Origin: an uncultured Gammaproteobacteria bacterium
Lineage (GTDB): Bacteria > Patescibacteriota > Microgenomatia > JAMCZE01
Direction: 5' to 3'
DNA length: 64,000 bases
NCBI GenBank assembly: GCA_964641255.1
Contig: CAZXMM010000001.1
Location: forward strand, 332,302-396,301
Below are positions 37,346 to 47,924 of this stretch, in pieces. The translations under genes and the position numbers were made by a program. The notes beneath the pieces are model-generated. The model was not told the DNA's origin, searched no databases, and worked only from the letters and a program-made list of their open reading frames with translations. Numbering within the stretch: position 1 is the first letter of the stretch; each line of letters begins with the position of its first letter.

Positions 37346-40105
37346 ATGTTGTCTGTTTTTTCAAGACTACTTAACAGTAATGACCGCGAGATAAACTCTT
37401 TTCGTCCTGTGGTCGAAAAGATAAATTTTTTAGAGACTGAAACTAAAAAACTAAAAGCCCAAGATTTTCCTCAGAAGACCGCGGAATTTGGACTCGAGTT
37501 GGAACGGGGTAAGAGTTTGGATGAACTACTTCCGCAAGCCTATGCATTGGTGAGAGAGGCGGCTTTTAGGTCAAATAACACTCGTCCATTTGACGTCCAG
37601 ATTATGGCCGCCATTGCTCTTCATCAAGGTAAGATTGCGGAGCAAAAAACTGGTGAGGGGAAAACTCTGACGGCGGTCTTGGCTCTTTATCTTAACGCTC
37701 TAAGTAAAAGAGGAGTTCATCTGGTCACCGTCAATGACTATTTAGCCAAGGTCGGAGTGGGTTGGATGGGACCGGTGTTTCACTACCTGGGAATGAGCGC
37801 AGCTGCTATTGTCCACGATGCCTCGTTTATCTACGATCCTAATTTTACTGACGATACGGTTTCTGATTCAAGACTAAGACACCTTCGTCCAGTGAGTCGG
37901 AAAGAGGCTTATGCTGCCGATGTTACCTATGGTATCAATAGTGAATTTGGCTTTGATTATCTAAGGGATAATATGGCGCGGACTCTTTCAGAAATGAGTC
38001 AGCGTGATTTCCACTTTGCCATTGTTGACGAGGTCGATTCTGTGCTGATTGATGAAGCCAGGACGCCTCATATTATCTCCGCTCCGGAGGGAGAGGCTAC
38101 TAATAAATACTACGACTATGCCAAAATGGTTGATAAATTAACTCCTACTCTGGACTATGTCATTGATGAAAAACTGCGAACCGCTCATTTGACCGATCAC
38201 GGGGTAGGGAAAATTGAAAGCCTACTGGGGGTAAAGGATATTTATGAAAAAGATTTTGCTACTGTCCATCATATCGAGGCGGCTCTTAAGGCGCGGACAC
38301 TATTTATTAGGGAAAAAGACTACATTGTTAGAGACAATCAGGTGATCATTGTTGACGAGTTTACCGGCCGACTTATGCCCGGTCGAAGATGGAGTGAGGG
38401 GATTCACCAGGCAGTCGAGGCTAAAGAAGGGGTAGCCATTCAGCAGGAAAGTAAAACTCTGGCGACTATTTCGTTGCAGAACTACTTTAGGAAATACGAG
38501 AAATTGGCCGGTATGACAGGAACTGCGGCTACCGAGTCGGAAGAATTTCACAAAATCTATGGACTTGAGGTGGTAGTTATACCAACAAACAATCCCATGA
38601 TTAGGAAAGATCTGGCGGACTCGGTTTATAAAACTCAGCGGGCCAAGTATGGAGCAGTGGTTAAAGAAATCGAGGAAGCCCACCACAGGGGTCAGCCAGT
38701 ATTAGTGGGTACCACTTCAATCGATAAAAACGAAATTATTTCGCAACTTTTAAAGCACAAAGGTATTGTTCACCAAGTGTTAAACGCGAAGCAACACGAA
38801 AAAGAGGCGCTGATCATTTCTCAAGCGGGCAAGAAGGGTGCAGTGACAGTAGCAACGAATATGGCTGGTCGGGGGGTAGATATTATTCTTGGTGGTAATG
38901 CACCAACCTTTGCTGATGGTCGGCCAATGATTGACTCCCCGCAGTGGAAAAAATGGCAAAAAGATCACGACGAGGTTGTCGCTCTTGGTGGGCTCCACGT
39001 CATTGGCACCGAGCGTCATGAATCGCGCCGGATTGATAATCAGTTACGAGGGAGATCAGGTCGGCAAGGTGATCCTGGGTCAAGTCGGTTTTTTGTCGCT
39101 CTGGACGATGATATTATGAGATTGTTTGGTGGCGACCAGGTCAGTAAATTAATGACCTTCTTTAACATCCCTGAGGATCAACCCCTAGAACACAACATTG
39201 TTTCCAAAGCTATTGAGTCAGCCCAATCAAAAGTGGAGCAGTTTCACTTTGATTCCAGGAAGCACCTACTGGAATACGATGATGTTATGAACAAACAGCG
39301 AGAAATAATTTATGCCCGAAGACGAAAAATTCTTGATTTTCCCATCGATCCAAGCGTGGTGACTACTAAAGGCGCTTCTAAGATCGGTGCTGACGCTAAC
39401 AAGCTGAAAGAAGAAGTGGTGGCTAAAATTTCCCAGGAAATAGCGCTGCTGGTAGCAGCAGAATCAACGACCCCACTGGTTGACGAATTAGCGACTATTA
39501 TTCCTTTTGACGACAATTCGAAGCAGGGGTTAGCTGCCGAACTTACTAAACGACCGACAGTTGAGGCTAAAACTACCTTTTTACAAAATCTCGCCAGGGA
39601 AATTTATGATCAGCGGGAAAAACAAATTGGTGCTGCCATGGCAAGATATATTGAACAACAAGAAAGCCTGCGAGTGATCGATTCTTTGTGGATGGAGCAC
39701 TTAGAGTCAATTGACGACCTGCGTGAAGGGATTGGACTGCGGGGTTATGCCCAGCGTAACCCGCTAGTTGAGTATAAATCCGAAGCTTTTACTATGTTTG
39801 AAAAATTACTCGCGGCTATGGACTATGAAATTGTCCACCGGATCTTTAAGGTGGCAGTGGTTTCCACTAGCGATGCTGAAAAAATCAGGCAGCAAATGGT
39901 TACTAATGCAGCGCAAATTGAAAATGTACCAGCGTTGAAGCAAGAGCCAGAGGGTAAGAATCAGGGCAAAGCTGAAAAATCAATTCCCCTGACTCACCCC
40001 AAGGCTCCTGGTCGTAATGATCCCTGCCCCTGTGGCTCTGGACAAAAGTATAAAAAATGTGGTCTAGTTAACTCGGTGGAACACCAAAAACGTATAAGCG
40101 GTTAG
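37346..40105 (+). CDS. secA: preprotein translocase subunit SecA
   Basis: DEAD-like motor motifs, preprotein cross-linking domain, C-terminal zinc-binding CPCGSGQKYKKC; 919 aa. Confidence 0.95.
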   Translation: MLSVFSRLLNSNDREINSFRPVVEKINFLETETKKLKAQDFPQKTAEFGLELERGKSLDELLPQAYALVREAAFRSNNTRPFDVQIMAAIALHQGKIAEQKTGEGKTLTAVLALYLNALSKRGVHLVTVNDYLAKVGVGWMGPVFHYLGMSAAAIVHDASFIYDPNFTDDTVSDSRLRHLRPVSRKEAYAADVTYGINSEFGFDYLRDNMARTLSEMSQRDFHFAIVDEVDSVLIDEARTPHIISAPEGEATNKYYDYAKMVDKLTPTLDYVIDEKLRTAHLTDHGVGKIESLLGVKDIYEKDFATVHHIEAALKARTLFIREKDYIVRDNQVIIVDEFTGRLMPGRRWSEGIHQAVEAKEGVAIQQESKTLATISLQNYFRKYEKLAGMTGTAATESEEFHKIYGLEVVVIPTNNPMIRKDLADSVYKTQRAKYGAVVKEIEEAHHRGQPVLVGTTSIDKNEIISQLLKHKGIVHQVLNAKQHEKEALIISQAGKKGAVTVATNMAGRGVDIILGGNAPTFADGRPMIDSPQWKKWQKDHDEVVALGGLHVIGTERHESRRIDNQLRGRSGRQGDPGSSRFFVALDDDIMRLFGGDQVSKLMTFFNIPEDQPLEHNIVSKAIESAQSKVEQFHFDSRKHLLEYDDVMNKQREIIYARRRKILDFPIDPSVVTTKGASKIGADANKLKEEVVAKISQEIALLVAAESTTPLVDELATIIPFDDNSKQGLAAELTKRPTVEAKTTFLQNLAREIYDQREKQIGAAMARYIEQQESLRVIDSLWMEHLESIDDLREGIGLRGYAQRNPLVEYKSEAFTMFEKLLAAMDYEIVHRIFKVAVVSTSDAEKIRQQMVTNAAQIENVPALKQEPEGKNQGKAEKSIPLTHPKAPGRNDPCPCGSGQKYKKCGLVNSVEHQKRISG

Positions 40106-42031
40106 TCGATTCCTAAGTCTTCGTAAATCCATTTTTGAAAGTTGTAGCAATGCCACAACAAAGAAAAAACAAATAGCAAAACTTGCTTGGGGAGTTTGAA
40201 CGACAAGTTTTAAACGGTCCATTAAAATAACGAAAAGATTTTGTTTAAATGTACCGCTAAGAATATACATTGCGGTAACACTTCCTGGGGCAGTTTTGAT
40301 AGCAACCTGGTCATCTTGTCTGCCACCGATTTGCCGGAGCTTAACTGTATAACGCTGACCCTTAGAATCAGTAAGAGGGGAAAACCCGAATTGGAAATAT
40401 GGTTGGATGTCTGTCAGGTAGGCTGTGCTTTTGGAAGAAGCGAGAAGCTTGTGCTTAGATTCGTTATAAAGCTCAAAGAGAAGTTGGGCTGGCTTTAGAT
40501 TTAATTGTTGTGTCCTACCAGAGTCACCAATGTATCTCGTGTTGAAGCTGATGATACTCAAGTTCGGTGCTGTAGCTACAAAAGAAAAAGTTACCGGTGC
40601 GGTTTTCAAGGCAATTTCTGGTGGTGTTACAGACCCTTGTTTGACTTCAAATAAGTCATGAATAAAAGAGTTGGAGAAACGGGCCAAATAAACGGCACCG
40701 ACCATGGTACTTAGTAGTAGAGCTACTAAAAAAGCTTGATACCAGGGTGTCCGCTTGTTTTTTTGATTTGTCAGTACCGAAAGCTTAGTGCTTGATGATT
40801 TGTGTGAGAGAAAGTAGAGCGACTCTACAACGCGATTAAGGAAAAGGGCCACAATTATTGTTAGCAAAGCGGCAGCCGCGAAAGTAAAGGAGTTAGTAGG
40901 GCCAAGACTACTCCTGGTCCACCCGATAACATCTATGTGAATGAGATAGATCGAATAGCTGATGCTTCCAAGAAAGACCAGAAATCGGTTTGAAAACAAC
41001 CAATTGAGAAAACTCTTAGGCTGCAAAACACAAATAAGGGTCGCAGCTATAATCCAGTCAGAAATTAGATAAGTGATTTTACTGCCCAGTACTTCGTGTA
41101 GATTGATAACGCCCAAATAATTTGTTTGCATTAAAACAAAAGCCAACAAAACTATGGCTTTAATTATGGGTAGTTTTAGATTTGCTGCCCAAGCCTCTTT
41201 TGCTAAATCGTGAGTAGTAAAAATTGTTCCGATAAAAGCTCCAACCATAAATCCGGTAAATCTTGAAACTTGGATCACTCCTAATTTACCGAGCGGCAAC
41301 ATGGCATCGTCTAGGTCAAAAACTATTTTGGTTAAACAAGTTATGACAACTATTGTTCCTATTATTCCCCAGCGCTTTCCTAAACGAATGAGTGGTAGGG
41401 CGAAAACTGGGAATAGAATGTAAAACACTATTTCCGGTGTTAAACTCCAAAATTGTTCGCGCATCAAACTGGTTTGGTCGAACAGGGGGGTGGTAAGTGT
41501 GAGGTTGGCTAAAAGCTGCAGCATTGATTGAAAATTTGGGATGTGTACGGCCCAATTGGGTCGGGAGCCGAGGAGCCCAAAAAAACTGAGTACAAAAACC
41601 TGTAATCCAATAAACAACAGAAAAAATATTTGCCCACTTGGAAATAGTTTTCGTAGGCTATGCCAAATTACAAAGGTTGACAATGCCACAAGAGCAAGTA
41701 TTACTAACTGGATAGGCCATTGTAAAATTTTCAGCTGGTCAATAGTCCAAGCATAGATAACAACAACTCCTACTAAAGGGAAAATTCGAAAATAGCGTTT
41801 CTGGATGAATTCCAACGCGTCGGGGATTTTAGGATACAAGTGAGCCATGAGAAAACCACTAAGAATGAAAAAAATTTGAACGGAGTTGGTGCTGTTGGAA
41901 AAAAAAGCAAAAATAGTTGATAGTATTGGCCGATCAAGAAGTGGAACACCGAGTGTCCCAAGATGGCCTAAAACCACACTCATAGCTGCAAACCCCCGAA
42001 TTCCGTCAAGTGCTTCTAATCGACGTTTCAT
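40064..42031 (-). CDS. acyltransferase 3 family O-acyltransferase with C-terminal extracytoplasmic domain
   Basis: N-terminal LDGIRGFAA...GHL motif and ~10 TM helices typical of acyltransferase_3 (OatA-like); 3' end overlaps secA by 42 nt (convergent). Confidence 0.7.
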   Translation of the reverse strand: MKRRLEALDGIRGFAAMSVVLGHLGTLGVPLLDRPILSTIFAFFSNSTNSVQIFFILSGFLMAHLYPKIPDALEFIQKRYFRIFPLVGVVVIYAWTIDQLKILQWPIQLVILALVALSTFVIWHSLRKLFPSGQIFFLLFIGLQVFVLSFFGLLGSRPNWAVHIPNFQSMLQLLANLTLTTPLFDQTSLMREQFWSLTPEIVFYILFPVFALPLIRLGKRWGIIGTIVVITCLTKIVFDLDDAMLPLGKLGVIQVSRFTGFMVGAFIGTIFTTHDLAKEAWAANLKLPIIKAIVLLAFVLMQTNYLGVINLHEVLGSKITYLISDWIIAATLICVLQPKSFLNWLFSNRFLVFLGSISYSIYLIHIDVIGWTRSSLGPTNSFTFAAAALLTIIVALFLNRVVESLYFLSHKSSSTKLSVLTNQKNKRTPWYQAFLVALLLSTMVGAVYLARFSNSFIHDLFEVKQGSVTPPEIALKTAPVTFSFVATAPNLSIISFNTRYIGDSGRTQQLNLKPAQLLFELYNESKHKLLASSKSTAYLTDIQPYFQFGFSPLTDSKGQRYTVKLRQIGGRQDDQVAIKTAPGSVTAMYILSGTFKQNLFVILMDRLKLVVQTPQASFAICFFFVVALLQLSKMDLRRLRNRLTAYTFLVFHRVN

Positions 42032-42087
42032 GATTTTTCAAATTGTAGCGTATTTGTTTGACCATATGCTATAGTTTAATTCTATCT

Positions 42088-42477
42088 ATGACTATTCAGC
42101 CAGTCTCTATCAAATTTTTAATTGCTCTGTCAATTACCACCCTTCTGGCAGTTTTTGGAGTGCTAGGCATTGTTTTTATAGGAGCAAATTCAACAACCAC
42201 CCTTCCGGTTGCACCATTTTTAGTCGCAAGATGTGGAGTTGAGAATTGTCATGGAACCGATATTAAATGTGGCCCAAACATACCCCAAGCTTGCACGGAA
42301 ATGTATCAGGCAGGGGATAGATGTCGTCAGTATGTTTCATGCAGACTGCAAAATGGTGTTTGTGGGATGGCTCCTAACTCTCAGTTTACCGAATGTGTAG
42401 CGTGTGTTGACTTGTGTCAAAAAAACTTTTCCCATGACTCACTGGCGCTGTTTGAGTGCGAAAGTCGTTGTGAGTAA
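42088..42477 (+). CDS. small membrane-anchored cysteine-rich protein (14 Cys in ~90 aa ectodomain)
   Basis: TM helix then CGVENCHG.DIKCG....C......CR.YVSC....GVCG.......C..C...C......LFECESRC. Confidence 0.4.
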   Translation: MTIQPVSIKFLIALSITTLLAVFGVLGIVFIGANSTTTLPVAPFLVARCGVENCHGTDIKCGPNIPQACTEMYQAGDRCRQYVSCRLQNGVCGMAPNSQFTECVACVDLCQKNFSHDSLALFECESRCE

Positions 42478-42500
42478 GTAGAAACGGCGTAAGTTTATTC

Positions 42501-43103
42501 ATGCTTGACCTGAAAAAAGCCCTCGACCATTTGGCAAAAGACCCTATTATGGCAGTCCTTATTAAAACTTACCCCATCAATGTCTGGGACGAAACGCCGC
42601 GGGATTTTTTCCCTGACATGGTAGAAAATATCATTGGCCAGCAACTTTCCCTTAAAGCCGCCGACACTATAACCAATCGGTTTAAAGAACTGTTTGGTGG
42701 TAGATTCCCGACTCCGGATCAAATTGTTGCTACGCCAGACGACGTGATCAGAAGTTGTGGTGTTTCCTGGGCCAAGGCGAAGTATTTAAAAAATCTTTCC
42801 CAGGCGGTAATTGACAACACCCTACCCATCGATAAATTCTCGGAAATGAGTGACGAAGCAATTAAAACTAGTCTTGTTAAAATAAAGGGAATCGGTAACT
42901 GGACGGCAGAAATGATGCTGATGTTTACCCTAAGACGAGTCGATGTCTTTTCCCCAGGCGATGGGGGACTGCAAAACGCTATGGCCAAACATTATAAAGT
43001 TAAGCCAGGGGATCTTAAGGTAATGACTCAGTTGGCGATTGCATGGAGTCCTTACCGCTCCATCGCCTGTAAGATTTTATGGAAAAGCCTAGATATTAAA
43101 TAA
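42501..43103 (+). CDS. HhH-GPD family DNA glycosylase (AlkA-like 3-methyladenine glycosylase II)
   Basis: HhH motif LVKIKGIGNWTAEMMLMF followed by catalytic Asp (VDVFSPGD). Confidence 0.75.
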   Translation: MLDLKKALDHLAKDPIMAVLIKTYPINVWDETPRDFFPDMVENIIGQQLSLKAADTITNRFKELFGGRFPTPDQIVATPDDVIRSCGVSWAKAKYLKNLSQAVIDNTLPIDKFSEMSDEAIKTSLVKIKGIGNWTAEMMLMFTLRRVDVFSPGDGGLQNAMAKHYKVKPGDLKVMTQLAIAWSPYRSIACKILWKSLDIK

Positions 43104-43110
43104 CGTAATT

Positions 43111-44937
43111 ATGAAATTCGAGTTTAACCGCAAAGAAAAACTGGCAGAAGTAAGCAAAACTATAACAACGTCACTGCGGCTACTAGGTCTGTTTTGGCAG
43201 TCTGACAGGGTCTTGTTTTTGCTTTTTTTCTTTTCTCGGGGGGTGTTCTCGGCACTCTTCCCCTTTGCTAACGCCTATATTTATAAACTGATCATCGACC
43301 AAATAGTCCAGTCGGTGCAAAGCGGTAACCTAGATTTATCTCAGATCTATTGGCTACTAGCGGCGCGAATAATTTCTTTTGTCATGCAGTCTCTTTCCTA
43401 CTCAATCGAGGAATATGCCAGTAATGCCGTGTGGACAAAATTCGCCATGACTATTCATCAGTTAGTTCTAGGGAGAATTTCGCATCTGGACTTAGCGATT
43501 TTTGAAGACAGTAAATTCAAGGACCAGCTGGAGAAAGTGGAAGACAGTTATGCCTGGCGACCAATGGAAATGATTTCCGCTCTTTTTAGTATGCTGAGAA
43601 ACGTAATTCAGGTGGGGGCGGCCTTCGTAGCGATAATGCTATTTAATCCGATTTTGGCTCTAGTAGTACTACTTATTGCCGTGCCAATTTTTCTAGTCGA
43701 AGCAAAATTTGCTAAAGTCTCGTTTGCTATTTGGGATAATAATTCCCCACACCGGAAAAAATTCTGGTATATTGGCTGGTTACTTCAGCACGCCCCTAGT
43801 GTTAAAGAACTAAAGCTGTTCAAAACGGGAGAATGGTTCCTTAAAGAAATGAAAGTCATTCAAGACAAATTTGTCGGAGACAATATGAAACTGCTTAAGC
43901 AACAGATGGTTGCTAGGTATGGAGTTGACCTCATTGGAACGACTGTTTATGTTCTTATTGAAATCTCTATTTTTCTGTCCGCCCTCCGTAGGCAAATAAG
44001 TATTGGAGATATTGCTTACTACCTTACAGTAGTCGAGAATTTTAAAACTGGTATTGAAGGATTGATCAGGCAGTTTTCTCATGTCTTTAGAAATAGTCTT
44101 TTTGTCCAGGAAGTGTTCTCGGTTATCGATCGGCAGTCTTTTCTGAGTGAAAGTTCCCACCCTGTTAAGTTGGAACTGGACAAAGCTCCCAAAATCGAGT
44201 TTCGCAATGTCAGCTTTCACTACCCGGGAACAGAGAAAAAAATCTTTGACCACTTTTCGTTTGTCATAAGGCCCGGAGAAAAAGTGGCTTTTGTGGGTGA
44301 AAATGGAGCTGGTAAAACGACCATGGTTAAGTTGCTAGCTCGGTTTTACGATGTCACTGCCGGGGAGATCCTAATTAATGATGTTAACGTAAAAGATCTG
44401 GATTTAAATGATTGGTACGAGCATTTAGGGGTGCTGTTCCAAGATTTTATTCGCTACGAATATCCGCTAAAAGACAATATTTCTCTTGGTAGAGTGGGGA
44501 CGGATTCGGAAATGGAGAAAATTGTTGAGGCGGCCAAAATGGCGGGGGCGGACGAAGTCGCTACTACTCTGGATCACGGGTATGAGCAAATGTTGGGCAA
44601 GACTTTTGATGGCGGGGTGGAGCTGTCCGCCGGACAGTGGCAAAAGGTAGCTTTGGGGAGAGCTTTTCTTCGCAACGCCCCTGTGTTAATTCTGGATGAA
44701 CCTACCGCCTCAATCGATGCTAAAGCCGAGAGTGAGATTTTTGCCCGTGTGGAGAAGTTGTCAAAGGACAAAACCGTTATTATTATTTCTCATCGTTTTT
44801 CCACAGTGCGTAATGCCGACAAAATTTACGTCGTTAATGAAGGCAAAATCATTGAATCCGGCACTCACCAGACTCTGATTAAGCAAGCCGGGACATATGC
44901 CACACTTTTTAACTTGCAGGCTGAAGGCTATAAATAA
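43111..44937 (+). CDS. ABC transporter ATP-binding/permease protein (exporter, MsbA-like)
   Basis: 6-TM domain plus NBD with Walker A GENGAGKTT, signature LSAGQ, Walker B ILDEPT. Confidence 0.85.
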   Translation: MKFEFNRKEKLAEVSKTITTSLRLLGLFWQSDRVLFLLFFFSRGVFSALFPFANAYIYKLIIDQIVQSVQSGNLDLSQIYWLLAARIISFVMQSLSYSIEEYASNAVWTKFAMTIHQLVLGRISHLDLAIFEDSKFKDQLEKVEDSYAWRPMEMISALFSMLRNVIQVGAAFVAIMLFNPILALVVLLIAVPIFLVEAKFAKVSFAIWDNNSPHRKKFWYIGWLLQHAPSVKELKLFKTGEWFLKEMKVIQDKFVGDNMKLLKQQMVARYGVDLIGTTVYVLIEISIFLSALRRQISIGDIAYYLTVVENFKTGIEGLIRQFSHVFRNSLFVQEVFSVIDRQSFLSESSHPVKLELDKAPKIEFRNVSFHYPGTEKKIFDHFSFVIRPGEKVAFVGENGAGKTTMVKLLARFYDVTAGEILINDVNVKDLDLNDWYEHLGVLFQDFIRYEYPLKDNISLGRVGTDSEMEKIVEAAKMAGADEVATTLDHGYEQMLGKTFDGGVELSAGQWQKVALGRAFLRNAPVLILDEPTASIDAKAESEIFARVEKLSKDKTVIIISHRFSTVRNADKIYVVNEGKIIESGTHQTLIKQAGTYATLFNLQAEGYK

Positions 44938-44966
44938 CTGATATCCGATATAATGTAGAGCAAATT

Positions 44967-45494
44967 ATGAACTTAATTTTACTTTCTGGTCAAAGCCTCA
45001 AAAATAAAGAGTGGATCGAAGGAGTAGGGTGTGAGCTCAGAGACCTGTTTGGGAAAACTCAGATCCAGTATTACGACCATTGGGCAAGTGGAGCAGAGTT
45101 TATCGATTTAGAAAAAGAACAGCAAAAATTGATAGTAATGGCCGAACCACTCGAGCCTTACGTGATTTTTGCCAAATCAGCGGGGACGTGGCTAGCTAGT
45201 CGGGCAATGACTGAAGGTAAAATTGATCCCGAAGCGTGCGTTTTTGTTGGTACTGCCATTGAATACGGACGAGAAAATAATTTTCCGATCGAGGCTTGGT
45301 TTAAAAATTTGTTTACCCCCACTCTTTTTATCCAAAAAGAGAAAGATCCGGCTATTTTTGGGGCACACTTGCAAGATTTTCTAGACGAGGAGCAAGTAGA
45401 AAATTATCAGCTGGAAGTTATCCCTGGTAATGATCACACCTATGACGACTTAGCTCTTATCAAAACCAAAGTCAAAGCCTTTTTAGAGCGGTAA
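44967..45494 (+). CDS. hypothetical protein, possible alpha/beta-hydrolase-like esterase
   Basis: AKSAG nucleophile-elbow-like pentapeptide; weak. Confidence 0.3.
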   Translation: MNLILLSGQSLKNKEWIEGVGCELRDLFGKTQIQYYDHWASGAEFIDLEKEQQKLIVMAEPLEPYVIFAKSAGTWLASRAMTEGKIDPEACVFVGTAIEYGRENNFPIEAWFKNLFTPTLFIQKEKDPAIFGAHLQDFLDEEQVENYQLEVIPGNDHTYDDLALIKTKVKAFLER

Positions 45495-45514
45495 AGTTTG
45501 CTATCATAAAACTC

Positions 45515-46198
45515 ATGACCAGGCGCTACCTGTCCTTTTTTTTGCCACGGCGAGTCCACCTAAATTGGCCACTACTTTGGATAGGCAGCACGACACTGGC
45601 ACTGTTCCTGTTAATAACCGGACTAGCCTATCTCAGGCGACTAATGTGGCCCGATTACTTGGCTACTGAATTTTTGCAGACGGTTGTTAACAGGCAATTG
45701 GACATTCCGCTATCATTTTTTTCCCTTTTGGGCAGCGGTGAGGTGATTGGGAGTTTTTGTTTGTTGGTTGGCTACTTGATTTTCCTTAAAACTAAGCGCT
45801 TCCCCTCGGTTTTTTTTGCCTGTTTTGTTCTCTTTCACATAGTGGAGCTGGTGGGTAAACTCTATCTTTTCCATCCCGGGCCACCAGAATTTTTCTTCCG
45901 TTATAACTTCCCTTTCGTTTTTCCTAGTGCTCTCACTCACAGTGTGTACAATTTACCTTATAGTTTCCCATCGGGGCATGTTGGCCGGACGGTATTTGTT
46001 GCGGTAGTGATTAGCTACTGGTTGCCAAAATTTTTTGTCGCCAGATTGTCGCGATTTATTATTTGGGGACTACTTCTGGTTATTTGTCTTTTGATGATTG
46101 TGTCTCGAGTTTATCTGGGAGAACATTGGTTTTCTGATGTTTTAGGTGGAGCTTTTCTGGGATTATTTTTTGGTACCCTTACACTAGTTTTTTGGTAA
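45515..46198 (+). CDS. PAP2 family membrane phosphatase
   Basis: PAP2 motifs PSGH (SFPSGHVG) and SRVYLGEHWFSDVLGG. Confidence 0.75.
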   Translation: MTRRYLSFFLPRRVHLNWPLLWIGSTTLALFLLITGLAYLRRLMWPDYLATEFLQTVVNRQLDIPLSFFSLLGSGEVIGSFCLLVGYLIFLKTKRFPSVFFACFVLFHIVELVGKLYLFHPGPPEFFFRYNFPFVFPSALTHSVYNLPYSFPSGHVGRTVFVAVVISYWLPKFFVARLSRFIIWGLLLVICLLMIVSRVYLGEHWFSDVLGGAFLGLFFGTLTLVFW

Positions 46199-46211
46199 TT
46201 AAGTCTATAAA

Positions 46212-46859
46212 ATGAGTTTTATGTCCAAAGAGTTGATGTTTGTTATCGGTATCGCAGTCACGACACTAGCCATTGTCATCGGAGCCGCACTATTTATGGG
46301 TGGTAAGGACAAGCCGGGAGCAAGAGCTACCGAAGAGCCGGTCGCGCAAGAAATTCTTGTTAGGCCTGATTCCTTCACTGAAGGGTCAGAAAGCGCCAAG
46401 GTAACGGTGGTGGAGTTTTCTGATTTTGAGTGCCCGGCATGTAAAGCAGCTGAGCCGATTTTAAAACAGATCAGAGAAAAGTATCGTGGTCAGATCCGCT
46501 TTGTTTATCGGTTTTTTCCGCTACCGGCTCATGAGTATGGTCTGATCAGTGCTCAGGCAGCTGAAGCGGCCGGGCGACAGGGAAAGTTTTGGGAAATGCA
46601 CGAAAAGCTTTTTGCCAATCAGCCCAATTTTCAAAAAGATCAGCTGAAGCAATACGCTCTGGAAATTGGCCTGGATCCAGAAAGATTTGCCCAGGATTTA
46701 GAATCTGACAGTGTCTTACAAAAGGTTCTAAACGATCGTTCTGATGGCGGTCGAGCTGGGGTCCAAGCCACCCCCACCTTCTTTATTAATGGCACTCGTC
46801 AGACTGGCATCCTGCCACTCGTCCAGTTTGAGCAAGAAATCACAGCGAGACTACAGTAG
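46212..46859 (+). CDS. DsbA-like thiol:disulfide oxidoreductase, membrane-anchored
   Basis: TM anchor; thioredoxin CPAC active site (FSDFECPACKAAEP). Confidence 0.7.
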   Translation: MSFMSKELMFVIGIAVTTLAIVIGAALFMGGKDKPGARATEEPVAQEILVRPDSFTEGSESAKVTVVEFSDFECPACKAAEPILKQIREKYRGQIRFVYRFFPLPAHEYGLISAQAAEAAGRQGKFWEMHEKLFANQPNFQKDQLKQYALEIGLDPERFAQDLESDSVLQKVLNDRSDGGRAGVQATPTFFINGTRQTGILPLVQFEQEITARLQ

Positions 46860-46871
46860 CTACCGATAGAG

Positions 46872-47918
46872 ATGGAGCATTTAGTTGATCGGGTCAAAAA
46901 AATTCTAGCCATTAATCCCTCGGCGGTTAAAAAACAGGCGATTATGAGGCTCGAGGCAGAGACGGCCCGCCCCTATTTTTGGCAGGAGCCCAAAGTGGCT
47001 GGGGCGAAAATGCAGCAGCTCGCCCTTCTCCAGACTGAATTGAAACAAATCACTCAATTGGAAGATTTTTTGGTGGCCCTAGAAATAGGTGACACCCCCG
47101 AAACTGCTGAAATTGAGGCAATTTGTGAGCAAATTGAATTTACCCTCTATTTTTCCGGTCTCCACGACAGTTCTAGCGCTATTGTGTCAATCCATTCGGG
47201 TCAGGGAGGGGTTGAGGCAATGGATTGGGCTGATATGCTCTACCGAATGTACTCCCGGTTTTTTACCATCCAAAAGTGGTCCGTGGAGGAACTGGAATAC
47301 GATAAAGGGGGCGAGGCGGGTATAAAGACTGTGACCTTAAGTGTTACGGGAACTTATGCGTACGGCTTTCTTAAGTATGAAGCGGGGGTGCACCGACTAG
47401 TAAGACTATCTCCCTTCAACGCTGATCATTTGCGCCAAACCTCATTTGCTTTGGTAGAAGTGATGCCGGAAGTTAGTGGCAGTAGCGAGTTAATTATCAG
47501 TGACGAGGAAATTGAGTGGGATTTTTTTAGGGCTGGGGGACACGGCGGCCAAAACGTCAACAAAGTGTCGTCAGCAGTGCGACTCACTCATATCCCCAGC
47601 GGATTAGTGGTGACCTCCCAAAAAGAGCGCGATCAAAGTCGTAATCGCGAGATCGCCCTGCGTTTACTAAGAGCTAAGTTGTTGGCACAGGAAGAAGAAA
47701 AACGCCGAGCCGAGGAGCTTAAGCTTAAAGGAGCCTACGTTACTCCAGGCTGGGGCAACCAAATCCGTTCCTACATCCTTCATCCTTACCATTTAGTTAA
47801 AGATCTCCGGACTAGTTATGAGGAAACTAATACTGAGTCAGTTTTGGACGGTAATATCAAAGGATTTTTAGAGGCTGAACTCCGGTTTTTCGCCAACTTG
47901 CAAAAAGAAAATATTTAG
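46872..47918 (+). CDS. prfB: peptide chain release factor 2 (no programmed frameshift apparent)
   Basis: SPF tripeptide (RLSPFNADHLRQTSFA) and GGQ motif (AGGHGGQNVNKV); continuous 348-aa ORF. Confidence 0.85.
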   Translation: MEHLVDRVKKILAINPSAVKKQAIMRLEAETARPYFWQEPKVAGAKMQQLALLQTELKQITQLEDFLVALEIGDTPETAEIEAICEQIEFTLYFSGLHDSSSAIVSIHSGQGGVEAMDWADMLYRMYSRFFTIQKWSVEELEYDKGGEAGIKTVTLSVTGTYAYGFLKYEAGVHRLVRLSPFNADHLRQTSFALVEVMPEVSGSSELIISDEEIEWDFFRAGGHGGQNVNKVSSAVRLTHIPSGLVVTSQKERDQSRNREIALRLLRAKLLAQEEEKRRAEELKLKGAYVTPGWGNQIRSYILHPYHLVKDLRTSYEETNTESVLDGNIKGFLEAELRFFANLQKENI

Positions 47919-47924
47919 GGAATA

